NCBI GenBank assembly: GCA_000165425.1
Contig: CT868656.1
Location: 1-64,000 of the forward strand
DNA length: 64,000 nt
Origin: Paramecium tetraurelia
Taxonomy: Eukaryota
Reading direction: 5' to 3'
Both the position numbers and the translations under genes were made by a program. This document shows, in pieces, positions 41,381 through 56,162 of the stretch (positions are counted from its first letter, which is position 1; every line of letters begins with the position of its first letter). The notes beneath the pieces were generated by a model. The model saw only the letters and a list, made by a program, of their open reading frames with translations, made no database searches and had not been told where the DNA came from.

Positions 41381-42517
41381 TTAACTCACCAAATTCAATA
41401 CCCCATAATAAAAAAATAAAGTTCTTGAGAAGATGACTATCTATTATTATTTTTCAACCACAATTTCATAAATAATTATAGATTAAAGTCATTCAGCCAA
41501 TCTAAGTTTTAATAACAAAGATCTTATAAATTGAAAGTAATGGACTATGATTAGTTTCTTAATAATATAACCAGATGCTAGAAAAAATCACATAAAATGA
41601 TTCCAAAAATGAAAATTCCTCATTCCTCAACACAATTCATTTACATTAAGAATTTCAAATGCTAAATGTCCAATAACAACCTTAGGAGTTGTCAGAAATG
41701 TCAGGAAATTCTTTGTAGTGAAAACTGACAATGAGCAACAATCACTAAAAATGTTCATTATTTAGATAATAAAATAGAAGAGAATAAGTTATTTAGTAAA
41801 GTCTTCCTTGACTTAGAAATATTTATTGAATAAAACAGAAGGAATTAGTTTAACTTCTTACAAAGGTTTTTCTATACTTTCTTTTATTGCAATGATTATG
41901 GAATACTTATACAGAAATAGATTATGATTTTTTCAAATTTTCTTCATTTTTTTCATAGAATATTACATTTTGTATTCCTTTACTATCAACAATTACCCAA
42001 CTATTTTATTTATATTCATTTCTTAAATATGCATTCTTATTTTTGAATTAGTTTTTGGTCTTAAATTAAAACCTAAATAATAAGTTATACTTATCTGAGA
42101 GACTAATGATAAAGACTCAAAAATATAATTTTTTAAATTAAGCTAGAACTGGACACATGGATTCTAATATTTTGCAGACCTTATTTTATTCTCAAAAATA
42201 GTATAAATGATTCTCTGTATCAGATGATTTTATTCCTTTCGTATTATTGGAAAAATATCTGCACCTTTAAAGTTTACTTAAATCTATTTCTACAGTAGCA
42301 TAGAGTTTAATAATATGTATTACATTTGTATATTAATATGTATATAGATATCCTTTTTTATATCTACTTTTAAACTTACTCAGAAGTTATGGTTAATTCT
42401 TTGAATAAATTTTTCAGGACTAAAATGTAGTATTTTTTAGGGATGCATTTAAAAGTTCAGTGTTATATATGATGAAAGAAGGTAAAAAAAGTAATATTAG
42501 ATATTATTTGATTAAGT

Positions 42518-45493
42518 TCATTACTGAATTTATTTATGAGTTGACTTTTCTTCTATTATCTAATCAACCCATTTTCCAACTTTTTTACCATTGAGATATA
42601 AACCTAAATAGAATAGTTGATTTATTCTTATGAATAATTTAAAATGTTACTCAGAAAAATGATCACTCAATACAATCCATTATCCATTTTTCAAGCCTTA
42701 ATCGTCAAATTATCCGCTACCACTAGAATAATTTAAGGTATGATAATTATTTACATTTTTTAATAATGATCACTCTATCTTCCTCTATATTTAATTAACC
42801 ATTTCCCTTTCTTTTTACCATTCTCATATTCACCCTCATACATAGTTTTACTATCTCTAAATTAAATTGATAATAACATTACTATTTAAAATTCTCACTT
42901 AAAACTATCCATTTACCAACTTTCAAACCTTACTAATTGTAGCAACCACCTCCTCTTAAATTTATTTATTAATTTACATTTATTCATAATTTTTCTATCC
43001 CCATTCTTTATATTGGGTATTCCATCTCCCAATTTTTTTGCCATTTATATATTCACCGCTATTTAAGATTTTGCAAGCCCTACAGATGATAAGAAAAAGA
43101 AAGTACTAATTGAATTCATCATTTAATTCTATCCATACTCCATTTTTCAAATCTAATTCATCATAGGATCCTCCACCTCTAATTATATTTTAGATTTTAA
43201 TACATCTTTTCATTTTTGTACTCTATTTTCCAATAACCATATTTTTTACTATTCTAATAATTTCCATTGTAAAAAATTTTTTTATCTCTAAAATTAAATT
43301 ATTGAAAAAAAATACTTAGAGAAATTTTCACTCAAATCCACCCATTGACCATTCTTCTTGCTTTCTTGGTCGTACTAACCACCCCCACTAAATAATTTAG
43401 TTGTTTAAAAATATTTGATTACATCAAAAGTATGTCGTTTTCAAATTAATATCTAAATTTTATATCCCATTTCCCTTATTTACGACCATTTTTATATCCA
43501 CCTTCATAGAAAACTTGATTAAAGCTAGAAAATGAATAATTCCCAATATTACTCCTCAAAATTTTCACACAATTCCAGCCATAAACCATCCTTCTAACAT
43601 TCTTAATCATAAAATCCTCCATCCCTAAATGAATAGTTGTTTCATTCTACATTTTTTCGATCCTATTATTCCACTCCCATTTATCTATCCTTCTACCATG
43701 GGAATAACTTCCCTCAAAAGTCACCTGATTATTAAATCTTTATATAAATCTATCATTAATGATTATACCCGAAATTATCACTCTAATCAATCCATTTTCC
43801 GTGTTTTAAACCTTCTTCATCAAATGACCCTCCACCTCTAAAAAGAATATTATTTTTGTGATTACATCAATGAATTAAGATCCATTAAATCCCATACCCC
43901 TTATTTTGTCCCATCTTTATATTCCCCACTATAAGTCACTTAATTGTTGCTACTATTAAATAATTATGAATACTCATTAAGATTATCTATTAGATCAACC
44001 CATTTTCCAATTTTGCAACCTTATTCATCATACCTTCCACCACCTCTATAAGGATTATGATATGATGGGATTCTAAACATCCATTCAGGCCTATCCTCTC
44101 CCTCTTCCTTAAAGCTTATATCCCATCGACCAATTTTTTTCCCATTTACATATTCTCCATGATACATGACTTAATTTTTACTAAAACAAGAATTAAATGA
44201 AAAAAACTTCCAAAAAAGATCACTTGGTTCTGCCCAAAGACCAACTTTAAGTTCTTATTTATCATATAATCCGCCACCACTAAGGTATTAAAAATTTAAA
44301 AATGAATTACATTGATTAATTCCTAAAAATGGTTTTCCACCTATTTATTTTCTTTCCATTGTTGTAATATCCTTGATGAAATATCTTTCCATTCCTAGTT
44401 AATATATGAATAGAAAGTACTTTTAATATTCATGACTCAATTCCAGCCATACACCTTCTTTAAGACCTTGTTCATTATAAAATCCCCCAGCGCTGAAATA
44501 AAAAATTAAAACTTGATACATCTCTTCATCACCTTTTTCTACTCTTGAATTTAAATTCCATCTTCCAATTTTCAAGCCATTTACATATTCTCCATTATAA
44601 TACACTTTATCACCTCTAATTTATTCAATATTAAATTTACTAGGTAAAATTAGAATTCGATTCCTCCCACTAACCATGCTTCTGACCTGATGAATTATAT
44701 GAGCCCCCACCTATTAATTCAACGTTTTCATTCTTTGCTTCTTTAAAGATTTTCCATTAACCAAGTTTTTGGCCATTTTGATATTAACCCTGATACGTTA
44801 TTTATTGAGAACTAATCAAATTTAAATAATAATGATATTTACTCCCAAAAGGCATCACTTAAATCAATCCAAAATCCAGTTTTTTCACCATGCTCATTAT
44901 ATTCTCCACCACCACTTGAAATTAATAATTCTAATACATTAAATTTTCTCTATTTTTAAATTTCCAAACCCCTATTTTTTAATTGTTTTTGTATTCTCCA
45001 ATTTCATAAACCTACCCTTTACTATCTTCTAAAATTAATTCATTACTCCCAATAATTTTTGAATAATTCTTTCCATAATCCAAATTTTTTTCCATTTTTG
45101 TAAGATCCCCCAACATCAGTCAATTAAGCACCTTTCCATAATACTCTCCATTCTCCAATCTTTTTAAACTCTTCATTGTAAACTCCTTGCCATTATAAAT
45201 GATAGATTTATTCCAAATTAGTCATTATTTATTGAGTTTCTTATGTGCCTATTAATTTATCTCTATGAAGTGATATTAAGTGAATTTTACATTCTAATAA
45301 TTTATCCATCATTCTTTATGTACTAAATTTGGTCATTTTATGAAAATGAAATTTCAAATTTACTTTTCACAAATCGCCTCCTCTTCCAATCATAACTGAA
45401 ACCATCATATGAGTTTTTTCCTCTATACCAATTCATATGCTCTAAGCAAACCTTTTTTAATGATTATTATGTATAATCTAAGCATATATCCAT
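42518..45493 (-). CDS. Paramecium-type MORN-variant repeat protein (GGGxY...GxKxGxWxE / YxGEYxNGxKIGxW), very intron-rich
   Basis: About 10 repeat units, e.g. YYNGEYVNGLKIGRW and GGFYNEQGLKEGVWLELS; N-terminal MTNLEQIYHLQWQG motif; about two tiny introns per unit. Confidence 0.85.
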
Positions 45494-46137
45494 AATCTTT
45501 AATAATTTGCTAAGAATATGTTTTTAATATTGAATTAATAATTTCAATCAACAATAATATTTTATTGAAGATAATTTATCAACACCATTTCTTTTCTTGT
45601 TGAATTGATATATTGAATTTTTTATAGAAAGGTTTTCAATAACTTTTTTGATTTGGTTAAATAATTAAAAATTTTCGTTTATTAAGAGATATATAGTTGA
45701 ATAAATTTTAAATAATAATATTATTATCTAATAATTTATCATGTAATTAAATTCAAACTGATCATCATTTGCTTTATACATAATTTCATTTACAATACTT
45801 ACTTTCATTTAATATTATATTATTTTCTACAGATCAAAGGCAGACTTTTTGGTTTAAATTTTATCAGGTTGTATTAGCCTTCTTTCAAGATGTATTGATT
45901 TAACTTGACAATAAATGTGAAAAACAATAGAATTGTTTATTTATTGATCTTAAAAAAAAGGATTAAATGATAACTTATGCCAAATTAAAACAATCGATTA
46001 AATAAATATCAGAATTTTATCTGTATAAATTATAATATTCTTATATAGAAAACTCCTATTTAAAAGTCAATTTAAAATTAAGTAATATTATATGTATTAT
46101 AATATTATAAGTTGGTTAATATCAATAGATTTAATAG

Positions 46138-47310
46138 TCAAGTAAAAAATTCAATTAATCCAAAGAATCCTCCATATATTCCAAATAAATCGATGGCTGC
46201 ATTCAGAATTTGATATAGAGGTTCAACAATAAATTCTAAAGGTCATATAATAAGGAATAAAATAACCAAGGGTAACAAAACATACACATCCAAATATCGA
46301 TAATACTATGGCAACATGCAATTAGCTAATGTAAATTAAATTAAATTACCATCTAGCATAGAACATAGATAACTTTCAATTTAATTTATTCTTAGGCATT
46401 AGGAATTTAATTAAGAATTAAATAGTATGGCATATTCACCATTAATGTATTTACTATTAGAATTGATACATATGTAATCATTAAAACTGACAAGTAATTT
46501 CGATTATATAATTTTGTTTGAATTCTTCTTAAAAGTTTGAGATAATAGATTGGTTTGTCTTAGGCTAGAACAATACCGCACTTGTAATGCCAAAGATTGA
46601 GAATAATATGGCATCATATATCATACCTTGAAAAGGCATCTCTAAAATTAAGTTGTATCCTCCATCTCAATTCTAATTTCTGTTAAAACACCATTCATAT
46701 CATAAGCAATATCATTATACCAAAGGCAATCATTACATTTTCAGCGTTTGATTCTATTAATTGCCATTTCTAAAACTCTGAAATAGCCAAAATGGACAAA
46801 TAAGTAAAAGAAATGTAGACTAAAAGTAGTAGTTACTTTAAAATGGGCACAAATATCTGAAGATCTAGAGCAAAAGAAAATCCGAATAGAATAATAAACA
46901 TAACGAAAAATATCACTAATTTACAAAGACAAACTGTTTTGAAAATATGATCCAATAGAAATTTAGAACAAAATTAAGCAAGACAAACCGCATCCAAAAT
47001 TTAATATGATCGAAAATATTTTGCCTATTAAGAAGATCCAACTATTTTTTTCATATATATCAGAAAGATATTCTATTAATGTTGATCTCTTGGCATCTCC
47101 TAAACAATTCACCATAGTACACCATGAAATAAATTATGTTGCACAGACCAGCATTTGTAAAATAGCACCCCAGAACAATCCTGCTTAAGCATAAGCATAA
47201 GGTATTGCAAATATTCCTGATCCAATTGTTACTTTAATTAATTTCATCGTGGTTTGAATATTTGTTGATCTTGGCAACTATTTCTCCATTGTAATCATCT
47301 ATACGTTCAT
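46138..47310 (-). pseudogene. Amino-acid transporter (Aa_trans/AAAP family), frameshifted in this assembly
   Basis: IKVTIGSGIFAIPYAYAQAGLFWG; AFGIMI/AYDMNGVLTEIRIEME; at least three 1-nt indels in T runs (~46705, ~46630, ~46228). Either a pseudogene or sequencing errors. Confidence 0.8.
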
Positions 47311-47980
47311 ATTAATTTTATAAAATACATAATTACTCAAAAATGTTTCAAATTTTTGGAAAACTACTCATTCATATTTATAAACGATTCATTTTGAAGA
47401 AATCTAATCAACCAACTTTGATTTATAATCAATTTTAACAAGTATAATCTGACTATGAATCTGATTAATTAAGAAGGCAAATTATTTATCATTTGTACTC
47501 TGTAGCAAAATTCAGATCAGAATGTGTACCAATTCTCCAAAAAGTATCTTTTTCTTGAATTTTGTTGTTAGAAACATAAATGAAATGCTCTATATTTCTA
47601 TTAAATAAATAAAATGAAATATATATATCGAATAAAAGATCGTTAAATTTTACACCAAAAATGTAGTAAATTTGAAAAAAAAATAATAATTTGGTAATTA
47701 ATTCAATCAAAGCCTTTATTGATCTTAAGTTGACGTAATCTCTTAATGGCTTGATAGCATGTGGTTCATACTTCAATTAATAATATAAATTCTAATATAT
47801 TATAATAAATTTTCATTCTAAATATATTTGTAAAATCTGAGATAAACAAGCAATTAAACAACCAAAATTGAAGAATAAAGATGGAAAATATTTTTAAAAG
47901 AAAACAAAAATAATAATAAGTTTATACAGTTGAAATTATTAAATTTCTATATTAAAGATTTATGGTATATCCTTGATAAT

Positions 47981-48392
47981 TCATAATGAATCAAGTAAGA
48001 TCTTGGTTATGATTTGTAAATCAGGAGTTAATTTTCTTTTTTCCATCAAGAAAAAGTCTTAAATTGGAAAATATTAAAACTCAATTTTTTCTTAAGGAAT
48101 TTCCTCTCCTATTATTGAACAACATTTCGTATAAAGTACATAGTTCTCTTATTAAACAAAATTTTACATATTTCTTGATTACTTAAATTATTAATGGCTA
48201 ATAAACATCAACTATCAATCCAACTTCTTCCTGAATTTCTCTTTTTATCGCATTATCAATGGATTCTTCATTTTCAATTTTCCCTCCTGGTAATGTCCAC
48301 CTATTTTTGTAAGGTGCCTTTTCTCTTTTTATTAGTAAAAGACTCTATTCCTTAATAATTAGACCTGAAACTCCTCTTCTTAAGGAATTCAT
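47981..48392 (-). CDS. Nudix hydrolase
   Basis: LLLIKREKAPYKNRWTLPGGKIENEESIDNAIKREIQEEVGL, a complete Nudix box; one ~22-nt intron. Confidence 0.92.
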
Positions 48393-48873
48393 TATAAATA
48401 ATAATACATCAATATATTATTTAAATATTACTTAAAAATTGAAATAACTGAAGAACTATACTGAAAATATTAGATTTATTATAATCTAAATATAATTTCA
48501 GTATTGTTTTAAAGATTAAACTAGAATTAAATGGGATTAATTTAAACAAAAGAAGGAAGTAATTGATTTGATTAACTTTAAGAGAATGAAACATATTATT
48601 ATCAAGATTACGCATATAAAAATGTTTAATTTCTAATATGAATTAAGGAAGCTTGGAATAAAGATAATACGCTCGTCATATTTTTTTAAAATACTAGAAT
48701 TATGTTACATTTAGATGTTTGGATAAAATTCCTCCCAAAAAGGTTATGATCCACTATAATTAATTATAGAAATAATAGCTCAAATAAAATATAAATGCTG
48801 CTCCAAAAAAGTTCTAAAAATTTGATTTTTAATCATTGATATTAATGTAATTATTTTAAATATTTATTCATCA

Positions 48874-50192
48874 ATGCAAGTCTAATGTCCAAAACATAAA
48901 GGATCGGAGTTCCTTTATATTCTATAAAAAGAGAAAGAAGTTGAATTTATTTGCGATCAATGCCATACAAATTTAATAGATAATAAAAAATTGGATGACA
49001 ATTAAAATTTAATAAATATCAAGAGAGTATATTATTTATTTATAAATAAGGCTTTTTTATATCCAGAATATTTGTTTTCTAAAATTATAGATTCCTAAAA
49101 ATTACAATAATTCTTTTAATAATTAATTGAATATGATGAACAAAATTTAGATAATTAATTAATTTCAATCGAAAACTAAATAAAGGAAGTTCAAAGATAG
49201 ATAAGTCTTATGCACTAAGAGTTAGAATTTAATAAAAAGAAATTTGTCTAACTTAGATAATAAATAAGAGAAAATCTAGAAGAGGTATTTTAATTAATAA
49301 TTAGATAATCAAATTTGATGAATTCAAATCATATATTGTTAACTTAAATAACTTATAAAAATCTATAGATCCATAAGACATAAAGTAAAGTGAAAGAGAT
49401 GTTTATATTTACTTTTAGAATTAATTTAAAAATAAATCATCAATTGTTAACAACCAAGTTTTTACACTTCTAGAATATAAAAATGAGTATATGAAACCAT
49501 CAACATTTATGTATCCAGAATTAAAGAAATTAGAAAATTAATATTAATAATTAAAGGAAATGCATTCTTCTTATGATAAGATCATAAACCCTCAATTCCC
49601 TGGAATTATTTAAAATACCAAATTAATTACAAAAGAATTCCAAGCTAAGTTAATTGATACTATTGTGGAAAAATCAAAAAAACCAATAATGAAGATAGAA
49701 TTAATCCATAATGAATCTAGGACTAATCTAAGTACTGAATAGTTTTGGAACATAGTAGATGGAAAATCAAACTTATTGATGGTTTTCTAATCGCAAAGTG
49801 AGTTTGTCTTTGGAGCCTACACTCCATGTAAATGGGTCAAAAGTAAAAAGGGGCAATATGTTAACGACGAAACACTATCATCTTTCATATTTTCATAAAC
49901 AAACTTTAAAATCTATCCAATAAAATAAGAAGGCAGCGGATGCGCTATTTATTGTTGTACTTCATATGGACCTATATTTGGAGGAACATCCTTATTTAAT
50001 GGATCCATAATTAATTATTTTTCAAATAAAAGCCATTTAATGATACTTACAGATCTTAAAAATGGTAGTTCATCACTTGGAATCTCATATGAAGATGAAG
50101 ATTTGACACATATTAAAGGCCAGACCTTATTATTTGGTTAAATTGAACCAAAAATTATAATGTATGAAATATCTTAATTATCATTTATTTGA
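48874..50192 (+). CDS. TLDc-domain protein with N-terminal CPKH...CDQC zinc-binding-like motif and coiled coil
   Basis: FWNIVDGKSNLLMVF, FVFGAYTPCKW, SFIFS, YGPIFGG, YEI near the C-terminus. Confidence 0.88.
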
Positions 50193-50216
50193 ATTATATT
50201 GAAAATGATCTATAGT

Positions 50217-52333
50217 TCATTCATATATTCGTTCAAAACCTATTAATTTATTAAAATTTTAAAGATTCGTAGTAACATATCATAAGGAATAACATCTGTA
50301 GTTATGATTCAATTTTAGCCATCAATATAAACTATATCATTTTATTGATTCTAAGGTTAAAAAAGATAATTGCTATTTCTTACTCTCCAAAATTAAAAAA
50401 ATAATTAAAGAACTATTCTGATATTAAAAACATATAGTTCTAATCAAGCGGATCAAGTTTAAAATCAACGAAAAGTGAAAAACAATACTAAATAAAGGAA
50501 GTTCAAATATGAAATATTTTTAATTGAATTTTTACTAATATCTAATAAACAATCAACTGAGAAATAGCTCTTAAACCTAATAATTGGTTGATCTTTTTAA
50601 GCTTTTGGTTAATATTTGTATTCTTTCGTAATAAGTTTCATAATGAATTTTGATATCGATTTTTTGAATTTTAACATTGATCATAAAATTAGTAAATAAT
50701 TAAAATAATAATGTTCACACGAATATTAAATTTCTTAAATCTACAAGCGATTCTATGGTTGCAAATATTGATGCAGAAGTGGTTTGGTCATTTTAGAATT
50801 TCTTTCTATGAACTAATTGTTATTAAGATTTTAATTGATTAATCAACACTCTTGTAAGCTAAATTTAAACTATTCTAATATATTAAGTCAAAAAAATATT
50901 TAAACAAATGGTTATATATATTATTATTTTGCTCCTTTTGAAGCTAATGAACTGGTCACTTTTTAGATATTTTTAAATTATTTAAACATTTTTAAAAGTA
51001 TTAACTGTGAATCATTATTATCTATATATTTCATATAAAATATATTCTTCTTTTACTTAATTATAGATTATTTGAGACACTGTATAACGCATCTTTGAAA
51101 TATTTACTATTAATTCGTTAAAGGACTTATCAGCATTTGTTAAGTCCAAATCAAATTTGATTTGCTTTATGTTTTCATCACATCTATGAATTAAATTAAA
51201 TGACTTTTGTAAAACTGAATTCTTAAATTTATTGAAAGTGCTTTTTATAGTTTAATTCGTTTCACATTTTATTCTTGTTGATATTTAGATTTTATCAAAT
51301 TGCTTATCAATAATTTTCAGAAACACTCCTATAGTGGAAAATTCATCCTTCTCCTCTTGATTTAATATGATAATGAGCGATTCAGTCTAAGGAGCAAAAT
51401 CCTCAAATTATGTGATTTATAGTTTCTAAAACTAAAGAGGCAAGTAAGTCGTTTAAATTTATTCCGCTATTAAAAATACACTATTATGGCTTCCACCTCC
51501 AACTAAAATTTAATTTCTATAATTAATACTTGGTTGAATAATGTAACTAAATGAATTATTTGTTTGATTCCTATCTATAGAACTTATGAAATTAAAGTTT
51601 TCAGAGTTGGAAAAGTCAAATCCATAAAAACAATTAGCAAGAATAGAGTTAGATTCTACATTATAATTTTGGCTCGTAAAGTTATCAGAGTTAAAAGAAT
51701 CATTTAATTTTTTAAAGGATCCATTTACTCCTAGAATGATTTGATATCCCAATTATGTAACATTTTCATAATTACCAATAATATCAACAGTCACAGCTGT
51801 TATATTTAGTTGTGTAATCTAAATATAAATTTGAAATACATTCAAATAAAATTTCACACCTCCTTTAAAACCTATGCTTGTAATGGAGACATAACCTAAT
51901 TATGCATTAGGGTTGTCGTGAATAAAAGTTGATTTTTTTATTTGAGTCATGTTATAACAATTTATTATTTATATTCTTTAGTCATTAATTGCAGACCACT
52001 TAAATTTAAAAGCTTCCACTGAACCTGATTTCGGACAGGCAATATTTACAAAAAATGCTATAATACATTTAAATTTTTACATCCTTTTTCAATCTTAGAA
52101 ACAGATGCTTGTACTTCATTTTCATCCTTGGTCATATTGAGTTACCAAACATTAAAAATCACCTGAGGTATTACATCATATTCTTGAAAAATAATTGGGT
52201 AAGATAGGGAATTATTGTTATCACAAGCTCTCGTTTTATTTTCGTTGAGAGGATAATCAAAATCATGAACAAAAGCAACAGTATAAAGTTTTGGCATGAG
52301 GGTGAAAAGAATGATATTTAATAAAAAATACAT
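50217..52333 (-). CDS. Hypothetical membrane protein (signal peptide, C-terminal TM segments)
   Basis: MYFLLNIILFTLMPKLYTVA start; track fragments extend under table 6; hydrophobic C-terminus ending GFERIYE-TGA. Confidence 0.6.
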
Positions 52334-52869
52334 AATATTTATATTAATAAAAATTTGATACTTTTATATTTTATTAATTTATCAATTATGTACCACTCCA
52401 AAATATTTACTAATACAATTTATAAGCAAAATAAAGAAAAATTTTTCTGATATATGTATATTACTAGCGATAAATAAGTTTTATTAAATTGAGTCCTCCA
52501 GCCGCCACAGAGTCTTCATAGTTGGCCTATTGGGTGGATGTTGAATTAAAATTCCCTAATAGGGTCTTCCTCCTTTGACCCCTGGAATATCTTTTTATGG
52601 ACATTTGGAATTTTTTTAAAAATATTTTATAAAAGTTATAAATCATCTTTTATAAATTAAGAAGGCACTTATAAATCTTCTTTTTAAATAACTCATAATC
52701 ATTTTAAATACTGATATTATATAGAAGATAATTAATTGATATATATGAAACAAGAATTTTATCGAATCGAAGAAGTTGAATGAAATGTTAAAGAAAATTC
52801 GGATTTTAATTATTTTAAGGGGCTTATTAATAACATCATGCATTATAAAACTAAATGAACTTATTGAAT

Positions 52870-55260
52870 AGTGTTTAATAATTAGATATAATTTTAATTA
52901 TTAAATAAGATTGATGAATTTATATGACTAAGCACTAGTAGAATAAGGCCTAGGCCATAAATTATTAAAATGTTGATTCATAACAGGGAAAAAGTAATTT
53001 TAAACTATTTTTTGTTGCCTTTATTTTACAACTCTTAGCCACTGTTACTTTTACATGTTTACAACTAATTCGATTTTTATTTTCTTTATTCTTAAAGCAC
53101 ACCATGAGCAATTTGAGAAAATTTTATGATTTAAAAATTGGTCTCAAAATAAATTAATTATTAAAAGCATTGTAATTTAAATTAATTTAACAAATTAATG
53201 ATAATATAAGGGTAGATCTCTTATATTCGAGAAAATAAGAGAAGCAGAATTGAAATTTCCAGAGAAACTGAATATTAAAAGTTGTACAATTATTCTTATT
53301 TTTTTAAAATGAAAGTATAACTTATTAAATAATTTAGATTACAAAGCTAATTAAAAATTAAATAGTTATTTATTATGAGAACAATTTCTAAAGTCATAAA
53401 AGTTTCTCAAATTAGTGTTCATTATCTAAAATTCTGATGCTGATTTCCACAAATTATTCTAACTTGAGGAGAATAGTAATTGGGATTCATATATATATTT
53501 TTATTGAATTATAATATTCTCAGCAAACCTTTGATTTCGAAATTTAAAATTTAAGATCATTAAAATGGGACCGATTTTCTACGTTTTAATCAATGATTTC
53601 AGTCGTTAATTTATGTATAAAATGCATAAACTATTCATAAAGAACCGGTTATAATTTACAATCTTTCTTTTTATCCTTACCAAACAAATGCTTAATTTCA
53701 TTAAACTCTGGGAAATATGTAGGAGTAAATATCTGAGGAATTTATGAATAGTGCATTTCTTAAAATAATTTGTTCTTCGTAACGTTTATAAACTTTTGTA
53801 TAGTTTAAGATAAAAATCCGAAATATTTTAGATGTCATCTGAAAGTACTCATTCTCTAAATAGATTGTTAAAAATCACCTTGAATCAACCATAGAAATTG
53901 GGCTAAAAAAGGTTTCATTAAGAAATTTTAAATCATATCAGAATGTTGGCAGAAATCGATTCAATAAAACTCAAAACTTCGTATTTCAAGATAAAGGCAC
54001 TTTGTTTTAGATATAGTATCCTAAACTAAAATTTGAGTCATAAAATCACTAAAACTAACATATTATTCAGGAAATTTTCTTATAAACTCCTTGAAAAGGT
54101 TTTTTGCGCTAATACACAACTAAACAACAAAAGTTCTACTTTACTTAATTAAAAATCCACTCCTACACTATCTAATCTAATAAATAAAGAAAAACCAATA
54201 GTTTGAACTTTCAGATAAGAGTCAATTGATCCCTTCCATAGAATCTGATATAATTTGGTTTAGCAACGAAAGGGAAATATCTGCCACAATTTACATTCTC
54301 CATAATTTCTTCTGATTATTTATTCAATTTACTATTTGGAAAGTTATATGTTACAAAAATAATATATATTTACATGTCATTTTGTGAAATTAGTTATAAT
54401 ATTAATTTACAGTTGTTTTTACTTATCGACTTATTTAACCTGCTTAGTTATATAGTTTCTTCGATAAATATTTGGTATCTCCTTAATGATTTTTACAGTT
54501 TTCCACTACTTTTACTAAATCCAAAAAAATTATGTTGTAATGTTATTAAAAGAATTTCCATATTCCTTCAATAGGATTAAGTTCTGGAATTTTAATATTA
54601 AGAATTTTCTTAAATTATACATCATTATAATTCAAACAAATATCTTTTACTTCTCCATACAACTTTTGATCATATTTTTTGACTTTCTTGATAAATAATT
54701 TACAAATGATGAATTTTTTTTGATTTCATTCGTCACTAGAATCACTATTGAATTTCAAGCAATTTATACTAAATTCTTGGGTATTCTTAATATAATTAAT
54801 TTTTAAAAACATTCTTATTTTTTTGGTATAAATTGAGTTTTATTAAACATTCCTTTTTCACATAGGATTATGATGAATAGTAAGCGAAATAAAATGAGCA
54901 TGAATATTAATTCGTTAATACAAATGATCCTATTCAGCTTATCTCTTTCGATTGATTTGTAAATCTTCACAGGAAACCATTATTATTATAATTCTATTTT
55001 CATCTATTTATATTAAGGAAGAATATTTGACTATTACTGAAAGGTAGTTATCTACTTAAATTCAAATCTGCAAATGTCACAATCGAGTACATGATGTGGG
55101 TTAAAATAATGAAATTATTTAAATGAGAATGATAAGAAATTACAAATTTATACCTAATTGAGAAGCCACCTAAGTTGATCTACATAAGCTTCATTAATTA
55201 ATTAAAGAGTAAAGTTTAGATAATTATCAGAAAAGTTAACGTACAATTAAAAATTCATGA
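52870..55260 (-). pseudogene. Degenerate hypothetical gene(s)
   Basis: Long coding-like table-6 stretches interrupted by TGA and frame shifts; includes PELNPIEGIW at 54558-54587. Boundaries are approximate. Confidence 0.35.
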
Positions 55261-56012
55261 AGACATATTGAGCTAAACCGAAAAACAAATATAAATTTGT
55301 GAATAAGTAACTAATCTGAGAAACAAATTTTATTTATATTTGTATTTTATTCTACCAAAGATTTCTAAAAGAAATGAGAGGTATTCAACAATGATATTTA
55401 GTAAACATTGTTTTCTAACTAATGAAAATTAAAATGCTTTACATAATCAACTTCTATTATATAATCGATCTCACATCAAAAGTTCATAATATTTTAACTA
55501 TAAAAGCAAATATATTATCCTGAAAAAATTCTGAATTAAAATTGAATTTTAACTATTAAAATACTAATAAAATAATATAAAATGATAACAAAAATAGTAA
55601 TAAAGTGATAATCATCAATCAGATATAAAGGATATGAGATTTTTATTGACATATCATCGTCTTGACAAAATAAATTTTTAGCACTTTAAAGTATTAAATG
55701 TTATGAGGATATATTAAAAATTTAATCATTATATTGATTGTCATCTTTTTTATCAATTTGAGCCAAAATATTATTTTCAATTTTATTTTGCTCAATATGT
55801 TATTTTACATGAGATGGAGTTAATCACTTCTTAAGAAACAATTATCACAATGTAATATAGAATATCATCCTCTCTCGCTGCCATTGATATTAATTACTTT
55901 AGGATATATATCTTTCCCCCCCTTCATTTTTCTTGTCAATGAGCACATTTTTCCTAATTCATTCCATAATTAAGTTTTGTTCTTCAATGTTTCTTCAAAG
56001 TTCTAAATATCA

Positions 56013-56162
56013 NNNNNNNNNNNNNNNNNNNNNNNNNNNNNNNNNNNNNNNNNNNNNNNNNNNNNNNNNNNNNNNNNNNNNNNNNNNNNNNNNNNNNNNN
56101 NNNNNNNNNNNNNNNNNNNNNNNNNNNNNNNNNNNNNNNNNNNNNNNNNNNNNNNNNNNNNN
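56013..56162. other. Assembly gap with overlapping low-quality flanks
   Basis: N run; 55850-56012 is a noisy copy of 56290-56451. Confidence 0.9.

Noticed and set aside
25480..42500. Retained IESs (TA-bounded inserts)
   Set aside because: TA dinucleotides are ubiquitous here, and comparing the two receptor copies showed no TA-bounded insertion; germline data are needed.
42518..45493. Periodic ccaccacc motifs resembling a CRISPR-like array
   Set aside because: They are Gly-Gly-Gly codons of a protein repeat on the minus strand; the context is eukaryotic with no cas genes.
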